This document shows, piece by piece, positions 1 through 8,675 of a stretch of 64,000 nt of DNA. The DNA is taken from NCBI GenBank assembly GCA_944391685.1, contig CALXUM010000003.1, positions 73,481 to 137,480 on the forward strand, read 5' to 3'. Source of the DNA: an uncultured Alphaproteobacteria bacterium. GTDB taxonomy: Bacteria; Pseudomonadota; Alphaproteobacteria; RF32; CAG-239. The notes beneath the pieces are model-generated. The model was not told the origin of the DNA and made no database searches. It saw nothing but the letters and a program-made list of their open reading frames with translations. Position numbers and translations under genes: made by a program. Each line of letters begins with the position of its first letter. Within the stretch, counting starts at the first letter, position 1.

Positions 1-624
1 ATCAATCTCATCTGTCGGAATTGGAACAATGGTTTCCGGTGGAAATCCTTTCCATTCGTCATCTTCGTTTTCTTGGACTTCTTCCAGCGCATTTTCGCTA
101 AAAGAAAGAGGAGCGTTTTCTTGAGGCTCCTCTTGTATCTCCGTGTTGTCTTCCATTTCAACTTTCTCAAAGGTCATTCTCCCGTTTTCATCATAACCTA
201 TTTTATGGCACTCGGTTACGACTAACGATTCGTCAGGAACATCTAAGCCTTTTCGCTTAATGTATTTTTGGCAAAAATCTAAATATTGGGGGTTTATATC
301 ATCGGGTTGCTTTTTGGTTACAACATTTACAAATTGTTCTTCCACGTCATCAATTTTAATACTTTTGAACTTTTCTTGATATTCTTCAATCATTTTATCA
401 AACTGGCTAACTTGGTATTTGTTGTCGGTGTGGATATTAATATATGGGTCAAAACCTTCAAATTTCATAAAGAAATAATATTTATTATAAAAGTCATACA
501 AATAAACTTCTTTATTGTCGCCGGTATAAAAGGTTTCAAGAGATTTCTTTCTGGTTAATGTTGGTTTACGGTTGCGGAATAACATCTCTGTATATCCGGG
601 GTATTTTTTTACATCAAAAGTCAT
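1..624 (-). CDS. hypothetical protein, partial (runs off the left window edge)
   Basis: Manual translation of the minus strand from ATG at 622-624 (MTFDVKKYPGYTEMLFRNRKPTL...) gives 208 codons with no stop up to position 1. It starts 15 nt after the stop of the DUF3768-like gene. It is absent from the ORF track because it is truncated. No domain recognised; acidic C-terminal part. Confidence 0.5.
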   Translation of the reverse strand, partial: MTFDVKKYPGYTEMLFRNRKPTLTRKKSLETFYTGDNKEVYLYDFYNKYYFFMKFEGFDPYINIHTDNKYQVSQFDKMIEEYQEKFKSIKIDDVEEQFVNVVTKKQPDDINPQYLDFCQKYIKRKGLDVPDESLVVTECHKIGYDENGRMTFEKVEMEDNTEIQEEPQENAPLSFSENALEEVQENEDDEWKGFPPETIVPIPTDEID

Positions 625-639
625 TTTTGCTCTCCTTTA

Positions 640-1008
640 TTAATATTCAATCGGTAATAAAATTGTCAAAACTCTGGTGGTTATTGATTCATCTGCTGGA
701 TTTTCAGAGCCATAAGTCAAAGTTTTGTCATAATAATCAATTTTCCAATAAGCCTCTACATCACCTTCTTGGACAATTCCAAAGTCATGCTCTCCGTGAG
801 GGTCATTTTTGAAATTAAACTCATTAAATTTTTGCACCTTGCTTATAATTTTTGTTTTTGTCGCCCAATCCAAAGCGTCAATTCCGCAAGTCATGAGGAC
901 TTTACCACCGCAGAAGCTCTTTCTGAATCGGTCATTTAACTCAGCGATTTTTTGATGATTAGGAGATAAAAAGCTATCATCATATTCATCTTCTAAAACA
1001 CTTTCCAT
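640..1008 (-). CDS. DUF3768-like protein (family common on plasmids and integrative elements)
   Basis: 122 aa. 'NDRFRKSFCGGKVLMTCGI', 'NDPHGEHDFG', 'WKIDYYD' and 'TTRVLTILLPIEY' match my memory of the DUF3768 consensus. Confidence 0.6.
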   Translation of the reverse strand: MESVLEDEYDDSFLSPNHQKIAELNDRFRKSFCGGKVLMTCGIDALDWATKTKIISKVQKFNEFNFKNDPHGEHDFGIVQEGDVEAYWKIDYYDKTLTYGSENPADESITTRVLTILLPIEY

Positions 1009-1393
1009 TTTTCTAACTCCTTGATTTTATTAAATTATCCTTACATATTCTATACTGACATACCGTTGGTAAAACGCAAGTACTTTTTAGAAAAATATTA
1101 CTGTTTTTCAATAAGTTAGGCTGTTTTAAGGTAACAATTTATTGCGAAAATAGAATTTTTCATGTACAAAAGAATGAATTAATTATGGCTTTTTATTTTG
1201 ACAAAATTTAATTATTAATTAGTTTGTAGTTACAAGAAGTTAATATTTGCTGATTTGATTGCATTCAAGTTTAAATATTGTTTGATAGGCTTTTATTAGG
1301 TTTTCAAAAGTCAAAATTGCAGCGTGAGGTATTGACATTTAAGTCTTTTGTTAATAAGCTAATGCACATTCGTATAGCTAAAAAAATACCACA

Positions 1394-2392
1394 ATGAAAT
1401 ATATTGAAAGCAATAATCATATTGAAGAATTGTTTAAGAATCCTTGGTATCAAGTATTACTTAATACATTTAGTTCTGTTATCTCATATACTCATGACTT
1501 TTATAAAGAGAAAAAAATAAAACCTGTTATATTTCCAATAACAACAGGCTCTATTAGTTCTCCCATGGGGGAAGGAAGTGATTCGTTACCTGTTAAAGTC
1601 AATATTAGAGGTCAGGACGTGTTTCTTGCTGATTCTATGCAATTTAGCCTAGAAATAGGAACTCGCCTCACAGAGAAAGGGTGTTACTATATTATGCCCT
1701 CTTTTCGCGGAGAAGATGTCGACGAAAGACATTTAAATGAGTTTTTCCATTCAGAAGCAGAAATCAAGGGTAATTTAAATGATGTTATGAAAATTATTCA
1801 AGAATATATTTTGTACTTGAGCACAAGATTTCTTTCTGAATACAAAGATACTATAACGTCAATCTGCGGTGTTGAACATATTTTGGAGTTAGTCAACAAT
1901 CCTAAAAATCATTTTATTCAAATACCATATAAAACAGCATTAGAAGAACTTAAAAGTGTTAATGATGCTGTATCTAAAGATAATTTTGGTAATTTGATTA
2001 TTACAAAATATGGCGAAAAAGAATTAATTCGACGTTATGGAGATTTTTGTTGGTTAACAGAACTTCCAACCAAAATCGTTCCTTTCTATCAAGCTTCGGA
2101 AGAAAATGATTTTGAGACGGCAAAAGCTGCAGATTTACTCGCTGGAATTGGTGAGGTGGTTGGTTGCGGTGAGCGTTGTACTTCTGCACAAGATTTATTA
2201 AAATCGTTGGATTTCCATAAAGTATCTATTGATGATTATAAATGGTATTATGATATGAAAAATATCTGTCCATTACAAACGGCAGGTTTTGGTATGGGAA
2301 TTGAACGTTTTATACTTTGGTTATATCAACATGATGATATCAGAGACTGTATGCTACTCATCAGGAATCATAAACAACTGAACTTTCCATAA
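1394..2392 (+). CDS. class II aminoacyl-tRNA-synthetase-like catalytic core, AsnRS/AspRS type, no anticodon-binding domain
   Basis: 332 aa. Motif 2-like 'SFRGEDVDERHLNEFFHSEAE' and motif 3-like 'GFGMGIERFILWL'. 'LLAGIGEVVGCGER' parallels AsnRS 'LAPGIGEIIGGSQRE'. There is no N-terminal OB-fold segment. Confidence 0.75.
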   Translation: MKYIESNNHIEELFKNPWYQVLLNTFSSVISYTHDFYKEKKIKPVIFPITTGSISSPMGEGSDSLPVKVNIRGQDVFLADSMQFSLEIGTRLTEKGCYYIMPSFRGEDVDERHLNEFFHSEAEIKGNLNDVMKIIQEYILYLSTRFLSEYKDTITSICGVEHILELVNNPKNHFIQIPYKTALEELKSVNDAVSKDNFGNLIITKYGEKELIRRYGDFCWLTELPTKIVPFYQASEENDFETAKAADLLAGIGEVVGCGERCTSAQDLLKSLDFHKVSIDDYKWYYDMKNICPLQTAGFGMGIERFILWLYQHDDIRDCMLLIRNHKQLNFP

Positions 2393-2401
2393 GGAGTTAT
2401 C

Positions 2402-3232
2402 ATGGATTTAAGTAAATTAACAGAACAAGATATTATGAAAATGTCTTATAATGAGTTAATTGGATTGGTTAGAGAAACCAATCGAATTCCAGGAGGAGCA
2501 CAAACGGTTGCTTATATAGCATCTATGTGTTGTCTGCATGAAGGCAAGAGAGTATTAGATATAGGGACAAGTACAGGAAACACTGCAATAGATATTGCCT
2601 CTTTGTCAGGGGCAGAGGTGGTCGGCATTGACATTAATGAGGACAGCTTATCAGAAGCTAGAAAGCGGGCAAAAATTGTTGGTGTAGATTCAAAGACTAC
2701 TTTTGAATTAAATGATGCCATGAATCTATCCTTACCGGACAAGTTCTTTGATATGGTAATTTGCGGTAATGTTACATCGTTGCTTAGTGATAAAGAAAAA
2801 GCTCTTTCTGAGTATCAACGAGTTCTTCGAGACACCGGATTTTTAGTTGCGGTTCCCATGTATTATATAAAAAAGCCGTCAGATCAGTTAATCAAAGATG
2901 TTTCTAATGCAATTCAGGTCAACATTAAACCATTATACAAAGATTTTTGGATAGATTTCTTTACAAAAGGGGATTTTGAAATTTTTCTTGAGAAAGATTT
3001 TGCTTTTGATAACATAGACGAAGAAAAAATAAATCAATTTTGTGATTACATTTTATCAAGAGAACATCTAAAAGATTTAAATGAAAAAGCCGCCATCACC
3101 CTTAAAGAGGTTTATAGAAGATATATGCTACTATTTCGTTATAATTTATCGCATATGGGATATACAATCTTAATTTTAAGAAAATCACATAAAGAAATAG
3201 ATCCTGAATTATTTACAGCTCATGCTTTATAA
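2402..3232 (+). CDS. class I SAM-dependent methyltransferase
   Basis: 276 aa. Motif I 'VLDIGTSTGNTAIDIA', 'VVGIDIN', and upstream 'NRIPGG' typical of Methyltransf_11/25-type enzymes. Starts 9 nt after the aaRS-like gene, so probably co-transcribed. Confidence 0.75.
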   Translation: MDLSKLTEQDIMKMSYNELIGLVRETNRIPGGAQTVAYIASMCCLHEGKRVLDIGTSTGNTAIDIASLSGAEVVGIDINEDSLSEARKRAKIVGVDSKTTFELNDAMNLSLPDKFFDMVICGNVTSLLSDKEKALSEYQRVLRDTGFLVAVPMYYIKKPSDQLIKDVSNAIQVNIKPLYKDFWIDFFTKGDFEIFLEKDFAFDNIDEEKINQFCDYILSREHLKDLNEKAAITLKEVYRRYMLLFRYNLSHMGYTILILRKSHKEIDPELFTAHAL

Positions 3233-3244
3233 GAAAACTCCTCC

Positions 3245-3273
3245 AGAAAAAAGCCCTTGATAGGGCTTTTTTC
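3245..3273. terminator. bidirectional rho-independent terminator between convergent operons
   Basis: Hairpin AAGCCCT-tgat-AGGGCTT flanked by an A-run upstream and a T-run downstream. Confidence 0.6.
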
Positions 3274-3280
3274 TTAGGTG

Positions 3281-4153
3281 TTACTTTTTCTCAATAAGAA
3301 TCGTATAGCAAGCTGGTCGCACAGCCAGACGTTTATCAGCAAGAGTGAAGTTTTGTAAATCCATTTCTACCTCTTTTATAGTGGAGTTCCATTTATCTTC
3401 ACTACAATTATTAAATTCACCCTCAAGATGAAAGTTTAGAAATATTTCAAGAGCTTCTTCCATTGAGTCATAATATATTGGATCGCCAAGTAAGTGTTCA
3501 ATCTGATAATTAATTAGGTTTTGACTTTTTAAAATTTCTAAAGAATCTTTTATAGCCTCTAGAGATAAGCTTAATTTATTGCCTCGGTCATAAACGTACG
3601 ACTTTTTAGCCCACTGCTTCATTAGGATTTTTTGTTCATCAGACTGGGAATCGAAGTGAATGATAAAAAATTTACCATTATTGTTTAAGTTGTTTTCAAT
3701 AAATTTTTTTAGTATGTTATGAATATGTGATTTTCCCTGTTCTTCAGTTTTAAAGCGTTCAAGATGCTGGTGAACAGAATGAGAAAAACTCCATAAACTA
3801 AAACAAAAGTCATAATTTTCATTACAACTTTGCATATAATTGAGACTATCACTCAAAATTGCATTATGAATGGCATAGTTTTTACGAGAATAGTCTAACA
3901 TTTCAGTGCTCAAATCTAAAATATCTAAATCAGACTGAGGATATCTTTTTAAAAATTGTATAGTGCCGCGACCTGTTCCACAACCAAACTCCATCGCTTT
4001 GAAAGGAGTTGATATTTTTTTTAGAACGTTATCAAAAATTTCTATATCCGTTATTCCTGAAAAAGAATAAGTTTTAAGTAATTTTATATAGTAATCAGGA
4101 GGTAAATAATCTTCACGCTTCCTTTTCATCATAAAAGTTTTAAAGTTTTTCAT
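3281..4153 (-). CDS. class I SAM-dependent methyltransferase
   Basis: 290 aa. Motif I 'AMEFGCGTGRGTIQFL' and 'DILDLSTEML'. Last gene of the minus-strand three-gene operon. Confidence 0.7.
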   Translation of the reverse strand: MKNFKTFMMKRKREDYLPPDYYIKLLKTYSFSGITDIEIFDNVLKKISTPFKAMEFGCGTGRGTIQFLKRYPQSDLDILDLSTEMLDYSRKNYAIHNAILSDSLNYMQSCNENYDFCFSLWSFSHSVHQHLERFKTEEQGKSHIHNILKKFIENNLNNNGKFFIIHFDSQSDEQKILMKQWAKKSYVYDRGNKLSLSLEAIKDSLEILKSQNLINYQIEHLLGDPIYYDSMEEALEIFLNFHLEGEFNNCSEDKWNSTIKEVEMDLQNFTLADKRLAVRPACYTILIEKK

Positions 4154-4160
4154 TTTTCAC

Positions 4161-5183
4161 CTAAAATTTTAAGGATAAATCGCTAATATTTAATGTTGCT
4201 TCAATTCCATATGGCAAGGTCATCATTGGTTCAGTATGCCCAAAGTCCATACGAGAAATAATTGGTAGCTCAGGATGCCCAAACTCTTTGGCGACAATTC
4301 TCAAGGCCATTTCATCAAAAGAATCTAACATAGCCATATCATTAAAAAATTCTCCTGGGCGTCCAATCATTATTCCTTTAATTCTATCAAAACAACCCAT
4401 CAAACCGTAGTTTCTAAGACATTTCATAAAATAATTACTACCTAAGTTTATATCGGAGAGCTCTAAAAATAAAATAGCTCCATCAAAATCCGATTTATTA
4501 AAGAAATAATCTGTACCTTTTAACTGTTCTAAGCTTTCAATACATCCACCTATTAAATGACCGCGAACATTTTGACAACCTTGTAATAATTTAGGTGGAC
4601 AAGATTTGTTTAATTTTCTTTTGATTTTTTGATTATCAGGATTGCTCCAATCTAAGAATTCATTAGTCCATCCGGTTTGATTGGGATAAAATATATCGCA
4701 ACTATCATCACAAATCATTTTTTTTAAGCACTCATAAGAATATGGCTGCATTCCTCCATTTTCTGCAAAACCAGCCATAACAGTTGGTCCATAATAAGAA
4801 GTAATGCCAAGTTTATATAGAAAGACGTGAATAGCAGTTGCATCTGAGTATCCTAAAAAAATTTTAGGATTTTGTTTTATTTTTTCTATGTCTAGATATT
4901 TTAAAAATCTAACGCTATCATTACCACCAATATTACAAATAATTGCTTTTATATCCTTATCTTCTACCGCTTTCATAAAGTCTTCAGCTCGCCCTTCCGG
5001 ATGATCCTGTAACCATGCGTGAGATTTTAAGGAATTTGGCATTTCCACAACTTCAACATTAAATTTTTTTTTCAATTCTTCGATGCCCGCCTTATACCTT
5101 TCCGGAAAGATAGAGGCTGTTCCAAAAGAAATGGATATTGTTGCAACTTTATCACCTTTTTTTAATTTATTTGGTATAATCAT
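4161..5183 (-). CDS. S66 family serine peptidase (LD-carboxypeptidase / microcin C7 immunity MccF-like)
   Basis: 340 aa. 'RAEDFMKAVEDKDIKAIICNIGG', nucleophile motif 'GYSDATA', 'LFLELSD', and C-terminal 'DFGHTEP' (Ser/Glu/His triad context). The size matches the MccF-type subgroup. Confidence 0.75.
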   Translation of the reverse strand: MIIPNKLKKGDKVATISISFGTASIFPERYKAGIEELKKKFNVEVVEMPNSLKSHAWLQDHPEGRAEDFMKAVEDKDIKAIICNIGGNDSVRFLKYLDIEKIKQNPKIFLGYSDATAIHVFLYKLGITSYYGPTVMAGFAENGGMQPYSYECLKKMICDDSCDIFYPNQTGWTNEFLDWSNPDNQKIKRKLNKSCPPKLLQGCQNVRGHLIGGCIESLEQLKGTDYFFNKSDFDGAILFLELSDINLGSNYFMKCLRNYGLMGCFDRIKGIMIGRPGEFFNDMAMLDSFDEMALRIVAKEFGHPELPIISRMDFGHTEPMMTLPYGIEATLNISDLSLKF

Positions 5184-6573
5184 GAAATTTCTCCAAAATG
5201 GATGTATTTATCAAGCCCTGCTTATGCGTATTATTTTCTCTCTTTAAACTTGGAGCAACCGCGGAGATTGCTGTTGAAATTATAGCATACCTATTTTTTA
5301 TAGCATTTATATCGTAATTTTCTTTTGAGAATGCCTTCATATCATCAATAGCCCATTGCTCAATCGTCGATAAGACTTTATTGACTCTACCTTCTCTTAA
5401 GTGATTCTTAATTATTTGGTAATCTTCCGATTGAGGGGCAATATAATTATGGTTCTCAAAAACAGATAACCTATGAAAGTATTTTCTGAAATTTTTATAA
5501 GTCCCATTTAAAAATTGTTTATAACTATCTTCTGTTAATTTGTAATCTTTAATTTTATCAGGAACTCTTGAGGCGATAAACAGACGAACTTTACTCAATT
5601 CATCAGGAGTATAGCTGTCTTGCATTAAAATTGAGGCATCATTATCTTGTGTTAGGCAAAAACCACGAGCGGCAAATTTTATATTAAATTTTGATACATT
5701 AAAACCTTTATTGAAAATTGTTGGCATCATCAAAGAATAATAAGGTAAAATATTTTTGCCAAAATATGAAATCATTTTAACATTCTTAATATCATTAGCA
5801 ACATTTTCTGGTTTAGAAGACACTGCCAGCAATTTTGAAACCATAGAATCATACCATAAATAAATACTTTTTTCTTTATCTATTGGCATTTGTCTTCCAT
5901 AATTATTTCTTGTGAATGTCCAACAATCAAAATCTTTATTGTAAATATTTTGTATATTTGGAATAATATTTGATGTTGTATCCTGCTGTTCCACAAGATA
6001 TTTTAAAAAATCTGTCCTTGGAAGTAATAGGCCCCATTGCATATCCTGTCGTATTTCAACATTATTACTACCACATAATTTACAGACAAAATCTTCTTGT
6101 AATAGTTCTTCAATAGAAGAATGTTTTTTTAGTCGTCCCTCTTTTTGAGTTGTAATTTCACATTCTGATTTGGATAGGTCTTCATGGCAATCTTGACAAT
6201 AAAAAGAATAATCCTGCGTTTTAACTAATAAGCCATTTTTGTATAATTCACCTATAGAGTATTCAACAAATTCGTTCATTTTGGAATTATCAGAATCAAT
6301 ATATAGGTCAGGTTCAATGCCAAATTTAGATAAAGTTTGTCTGAACTCTTTTTTGCAATCAGTTATATATTGGGATTTGTTTTTAATGTGTCGCATAGCT
6401 CGGTATGCGTGCTTGCCATAAACATCAACTCCTGCAATCATTTGGCTTTCCTCACCAAATGATTTTAACATTTTATTTAATATGTCGGCAGGCAAATATG
6501 TGCTAGATATATTTGTATATCTAATTTTGGCAGGTATAAAAACATTTGCAGTTGTAATTAGATATTTAGACAT
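5167..6573 (-). CDS. methionyl-tRNA-synthetase-like paralogue with degenerate HIGH and KMSKS motifs
   Basis: 468 aa, collinear with the MetRS core: 'YLITTANVFIPAKIRYTNI' sits where 'PYANGxxHxGH' is expected, followed by a CxxC...CxxC knuckle region, 'IYLWYDS', and 'YFGKNILPYYSLMMPTIF'. 'DNDAS' occupies the KMSKS position. Overlaps the next gene by 17 nt. Confidence 0.65.
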   Translation of the reverse strand: MSKYLITTANVFIPAKIRYTNISSTYLPADILNKMLKSFGEESQMIAGVDVYGKHAYRAMRHIKNKSQYITDCKKEFRQTLSKFGIEPDLYIDSDNSKMNEFVEYSIGELYKNGLLVKTQDYSFYCQDCHEDLSKSECEITTQKEGRLKKHSSIEELLQEDFVCKLCGSNNVEIRQDMQWGLLLPRTDFLKYLVEQQDTTSNIIPNIQNIYNKDFDCWTFTRNNYGRQMPIDKEKSIYLWYDSMVSKLLAVSSKPENVANDIKNVKMISYFGKNILPYYSLMMPTIFNKGFNVSKFNIKFAARGFCLTQDNDASILMQDSYTPDELSKVRLFIASRVPDKIKDYKLTEDSYKQFLNGTYKNFRKYFHRLSVFENHNYIAPQSEDYQIIKNHLREGRVNKVLSTIEQWAIDDMKAFSKENYDINAIKNRYAIISTAISAVAPSLKRENNTHKQGLINTSILEKFHDYTK

Positions 6574-6731
6574 TTAAGCCTTAACTGTTTTGTTGTAAGA
6601 TACTCAAAAATACTATAATAAACCCAAAAAAGCAATAATAAAATTGCCAATAAAACCTCTGAATGACTTGATTTATTAAGATTTTACCGTTAGCATAACC
6701 TAGTTAATTTTATATTTAGAAGGTAGCAAAA

Positions 6732-8669
6732 ATGGCGGAAAATATTGAGATTAAAAAGGTTGACGGCAAAAGTTTGGATATTGAGGCGGCTGATAAAGAA
6801 AAATTAAAAGCCGTGTTTCCGCAATGTTTTAGTGAAGGCAAACTGGATATAGACAAGTTGTTGTCTTTGTGTGGTGAATATATAGACAACGATTTTGAGA
6901 AATACAAGTTTGAATGGAAAGGCAAATCCGAGTGCTATAAAATTGCCGGTAAGCGTTCAACAGGAACTCTCCGCCCATGTGTGCAAGAAAGTGTGGATTT
7001 TGAAAATACCAATAATCTGTATATTGAGGGCGATAATTTAGAAGTCTTGAAGCTCTTGCAAAATGCTTATTATCGTAAGGTTAAGATGATTTATATAGAT
7101 CCGCCGTATAATACCGGTAATGACTTTGTTTATGAAGATGACTTCAAAGATCCTTTGGCAAAATATAAGGAAATTACATCGCAAACAACCAAATCTAACC
7201 CCGAAACTATGGGCAGATATCACACAAACTGGTTGAATATGATGTATCCTAGATTGCGTTTGGCGGCTAATTTGCTTCGTGATGATGGTGTGATTTTTAT
7301 TTCTATTGATGATAATGAAGTTACAAATTTGAGAAAACTTTGTGATGAAGTCTTCGGTGAGGAGAATTTTGTTGGTTTGTTTACTATTCAAAGTAATCCT
7401 AGAGGCTCACAAAATAGTAAATTTTTATCTTATGTACATGAATATGTTTTAATGTATGCAAAAAGTATGGATTGCTTAGAAATAAAAGGCGTTGAAAAAG
7501 ATGAAGGTTCTATATCTGAATATTCATTAAAAGATGATAATGGTAGGATGTATCGTCTTTTAGGATTAAGAAAAAGAGGCGGTGCATGGAGAAAGGAGGA
7601 TAGACCTAATATGTTTTATCCTGTTTTTGTAAATCGCGAGACGCATGCAGTATCTTTAACAAAAATGAATGATGCGGATATTGAAGTGATTCCTCAAAGA
7701 CCTACTGGTGAGTTGAGTAGATGGACATGGGGAAAAGATAAATTTATTCAAGAAATAGATAAAGTTGTAGCCAAAAAAGTTAATAGAACTGGGGAGCCAG
7801 ATGCGTGGGATATATTTAGAAAAGATTTTATAGATAATGATAATGGTGAGATTAAAACTACAAAAATAAAAACTATTTGGATTGAAAAAGAAACAAATTA
7901 TCAAAATGCAAAAAATGAAATAAAAGAACTCTTTGGTAATTCAGAAATTTTTGATTTTCCTAAGCCGATTTATGTAGTAAGTAGACTTGCATCAATGCTG
8001 TTCACTGATGATACAGATATAATTCTAGACTTTTTCTCTGGTTCAGCAACCACAGCCCATGCTGTTATGCAAATGAATGCTGATGATCAAATAAAACGTC
8101 AATTTATTATGGTCCAACTTCCTGAATTATGCAACGAAAATTCACAAGGAGCGAAAGCCGGTTATAAAAATATTTGTGAAATCGGTAAAGAACGTATCCG
8201 CCGTGCTGGAGCTAAGATTAGAGCAGAACATCCCGAAGTTGATACGGGATTTAAGGTTTTCAAATTAGATACTTCAAATCTCGTAAAATGGGACGATACG
8301 CCGATTTTAGATAATAACACCCAAGATTTGTTTACTCGTATGAACAATATGGTTGAAAGTATCAAAACAGACCGAACGGAATTAGATGTTGTTTATGAGG
8401 TTATGTTAAAACTCGGTATTCCGGTTACTTACAAGATTTTTGAAACTCAAGTAAATGGCAGAAAGGTATATTCAATCGGTGAAGATGGTTTGGTTTTGGT
8501 CTGCTTGGATAAATCAAACGGCGGAATTACACCGGAAGACATAACTGCAATGTGTGATTTGGCTCCTGCCAAAATTGTTGCCGCTGAAAATGCTTTCAAA
8601 GATGACGTTGCCCTCTCTAACGCATATTATATCAGTAAAGACAAAGGTATTGAAATAGAGCTGTTGTAG
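6732..8669 (+). CDS. mod: type III restriction-modification DNA methyltransferase (Mod, N6-adenine)
   Basis: 645 aa. 'MIYIDPPYNTGNDFVYEDDF' (DPPY motif IV), 'FFSGSATTAHAVMQ' (motif I), and overall type III Mod layout. Confidence 0.9.
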   Translation: MAENIEIKKVDGKSLDIEAADKEKLKAVFPQCFSEGKLDIDKLLSLCGEYIDNDFEKYKFEWKGKSECYKIAGKRSTGTLRPCVQESVDFENTNNLYIEGDNLEVLKLLQNAYYRKVKMIYIDPPYNTGNDFVYEDDFKDPLAKYKEITSQTTKSNPETMGRYHTNWLNMMYPRLRLAANLLRDDGVIFISIDDNEVTNLRKLCDEVFGEENFVGLFTIQSNPRGSQNSKFLSYVHEYVLMYAKSMDCLEIKGVEKDEGSISEYSLKDDNGRMYRLLGLRKRGGAWRKEDRPNMFYPVFVNRETHAVSLTKMNDADIEVIPQRPTGELSRWTWGKDKFIQEIDKVVAKKVNRTGEPDAWDIFRKDFIDNDNGEIKTTKIKTIWIEKETNYQNAKNEIKELFGNSEIFDFPKPIYVVSRLASMLFTDDTDIILDFFSGSATTAHAVMQMNADDQIKRQFIMVQLPELCNENSQGAKAGYKNICEIGKERIRRAGAKIRAEHPEVDTGFKVFKLDTSNLVKWDDTPILDNNTQDLFTRMNNMVESIKTDRTELDVVYEVMLKLGIPVTYKIFETQVNGRKVYSIGEDGLVLVCLDKSNGGITPEDITAMCDLAPAKIVAAENAFKDDVALSNAYYISKDKGIEIELL

Positions 8670-8675
8670 GGGGAA

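Noticed and set aside
286-812. Plus-strand ORFs 286-558 and 558-812
   Set aside because: They are hydrophobic, low-complexity translations antisense to the better-supported minus-strand genes (the partial ORF at 1-624 and the DUF3768-like gene).
5167-6573. Annotating this ORF as the housekeeping methionyl-tRNA synthetase metG
   Set aside because: The HIGH and KMSKS signature positions are occupied by unrelated residues. The gene is also in an accessory cluster and overlaps an MccF-like gene.
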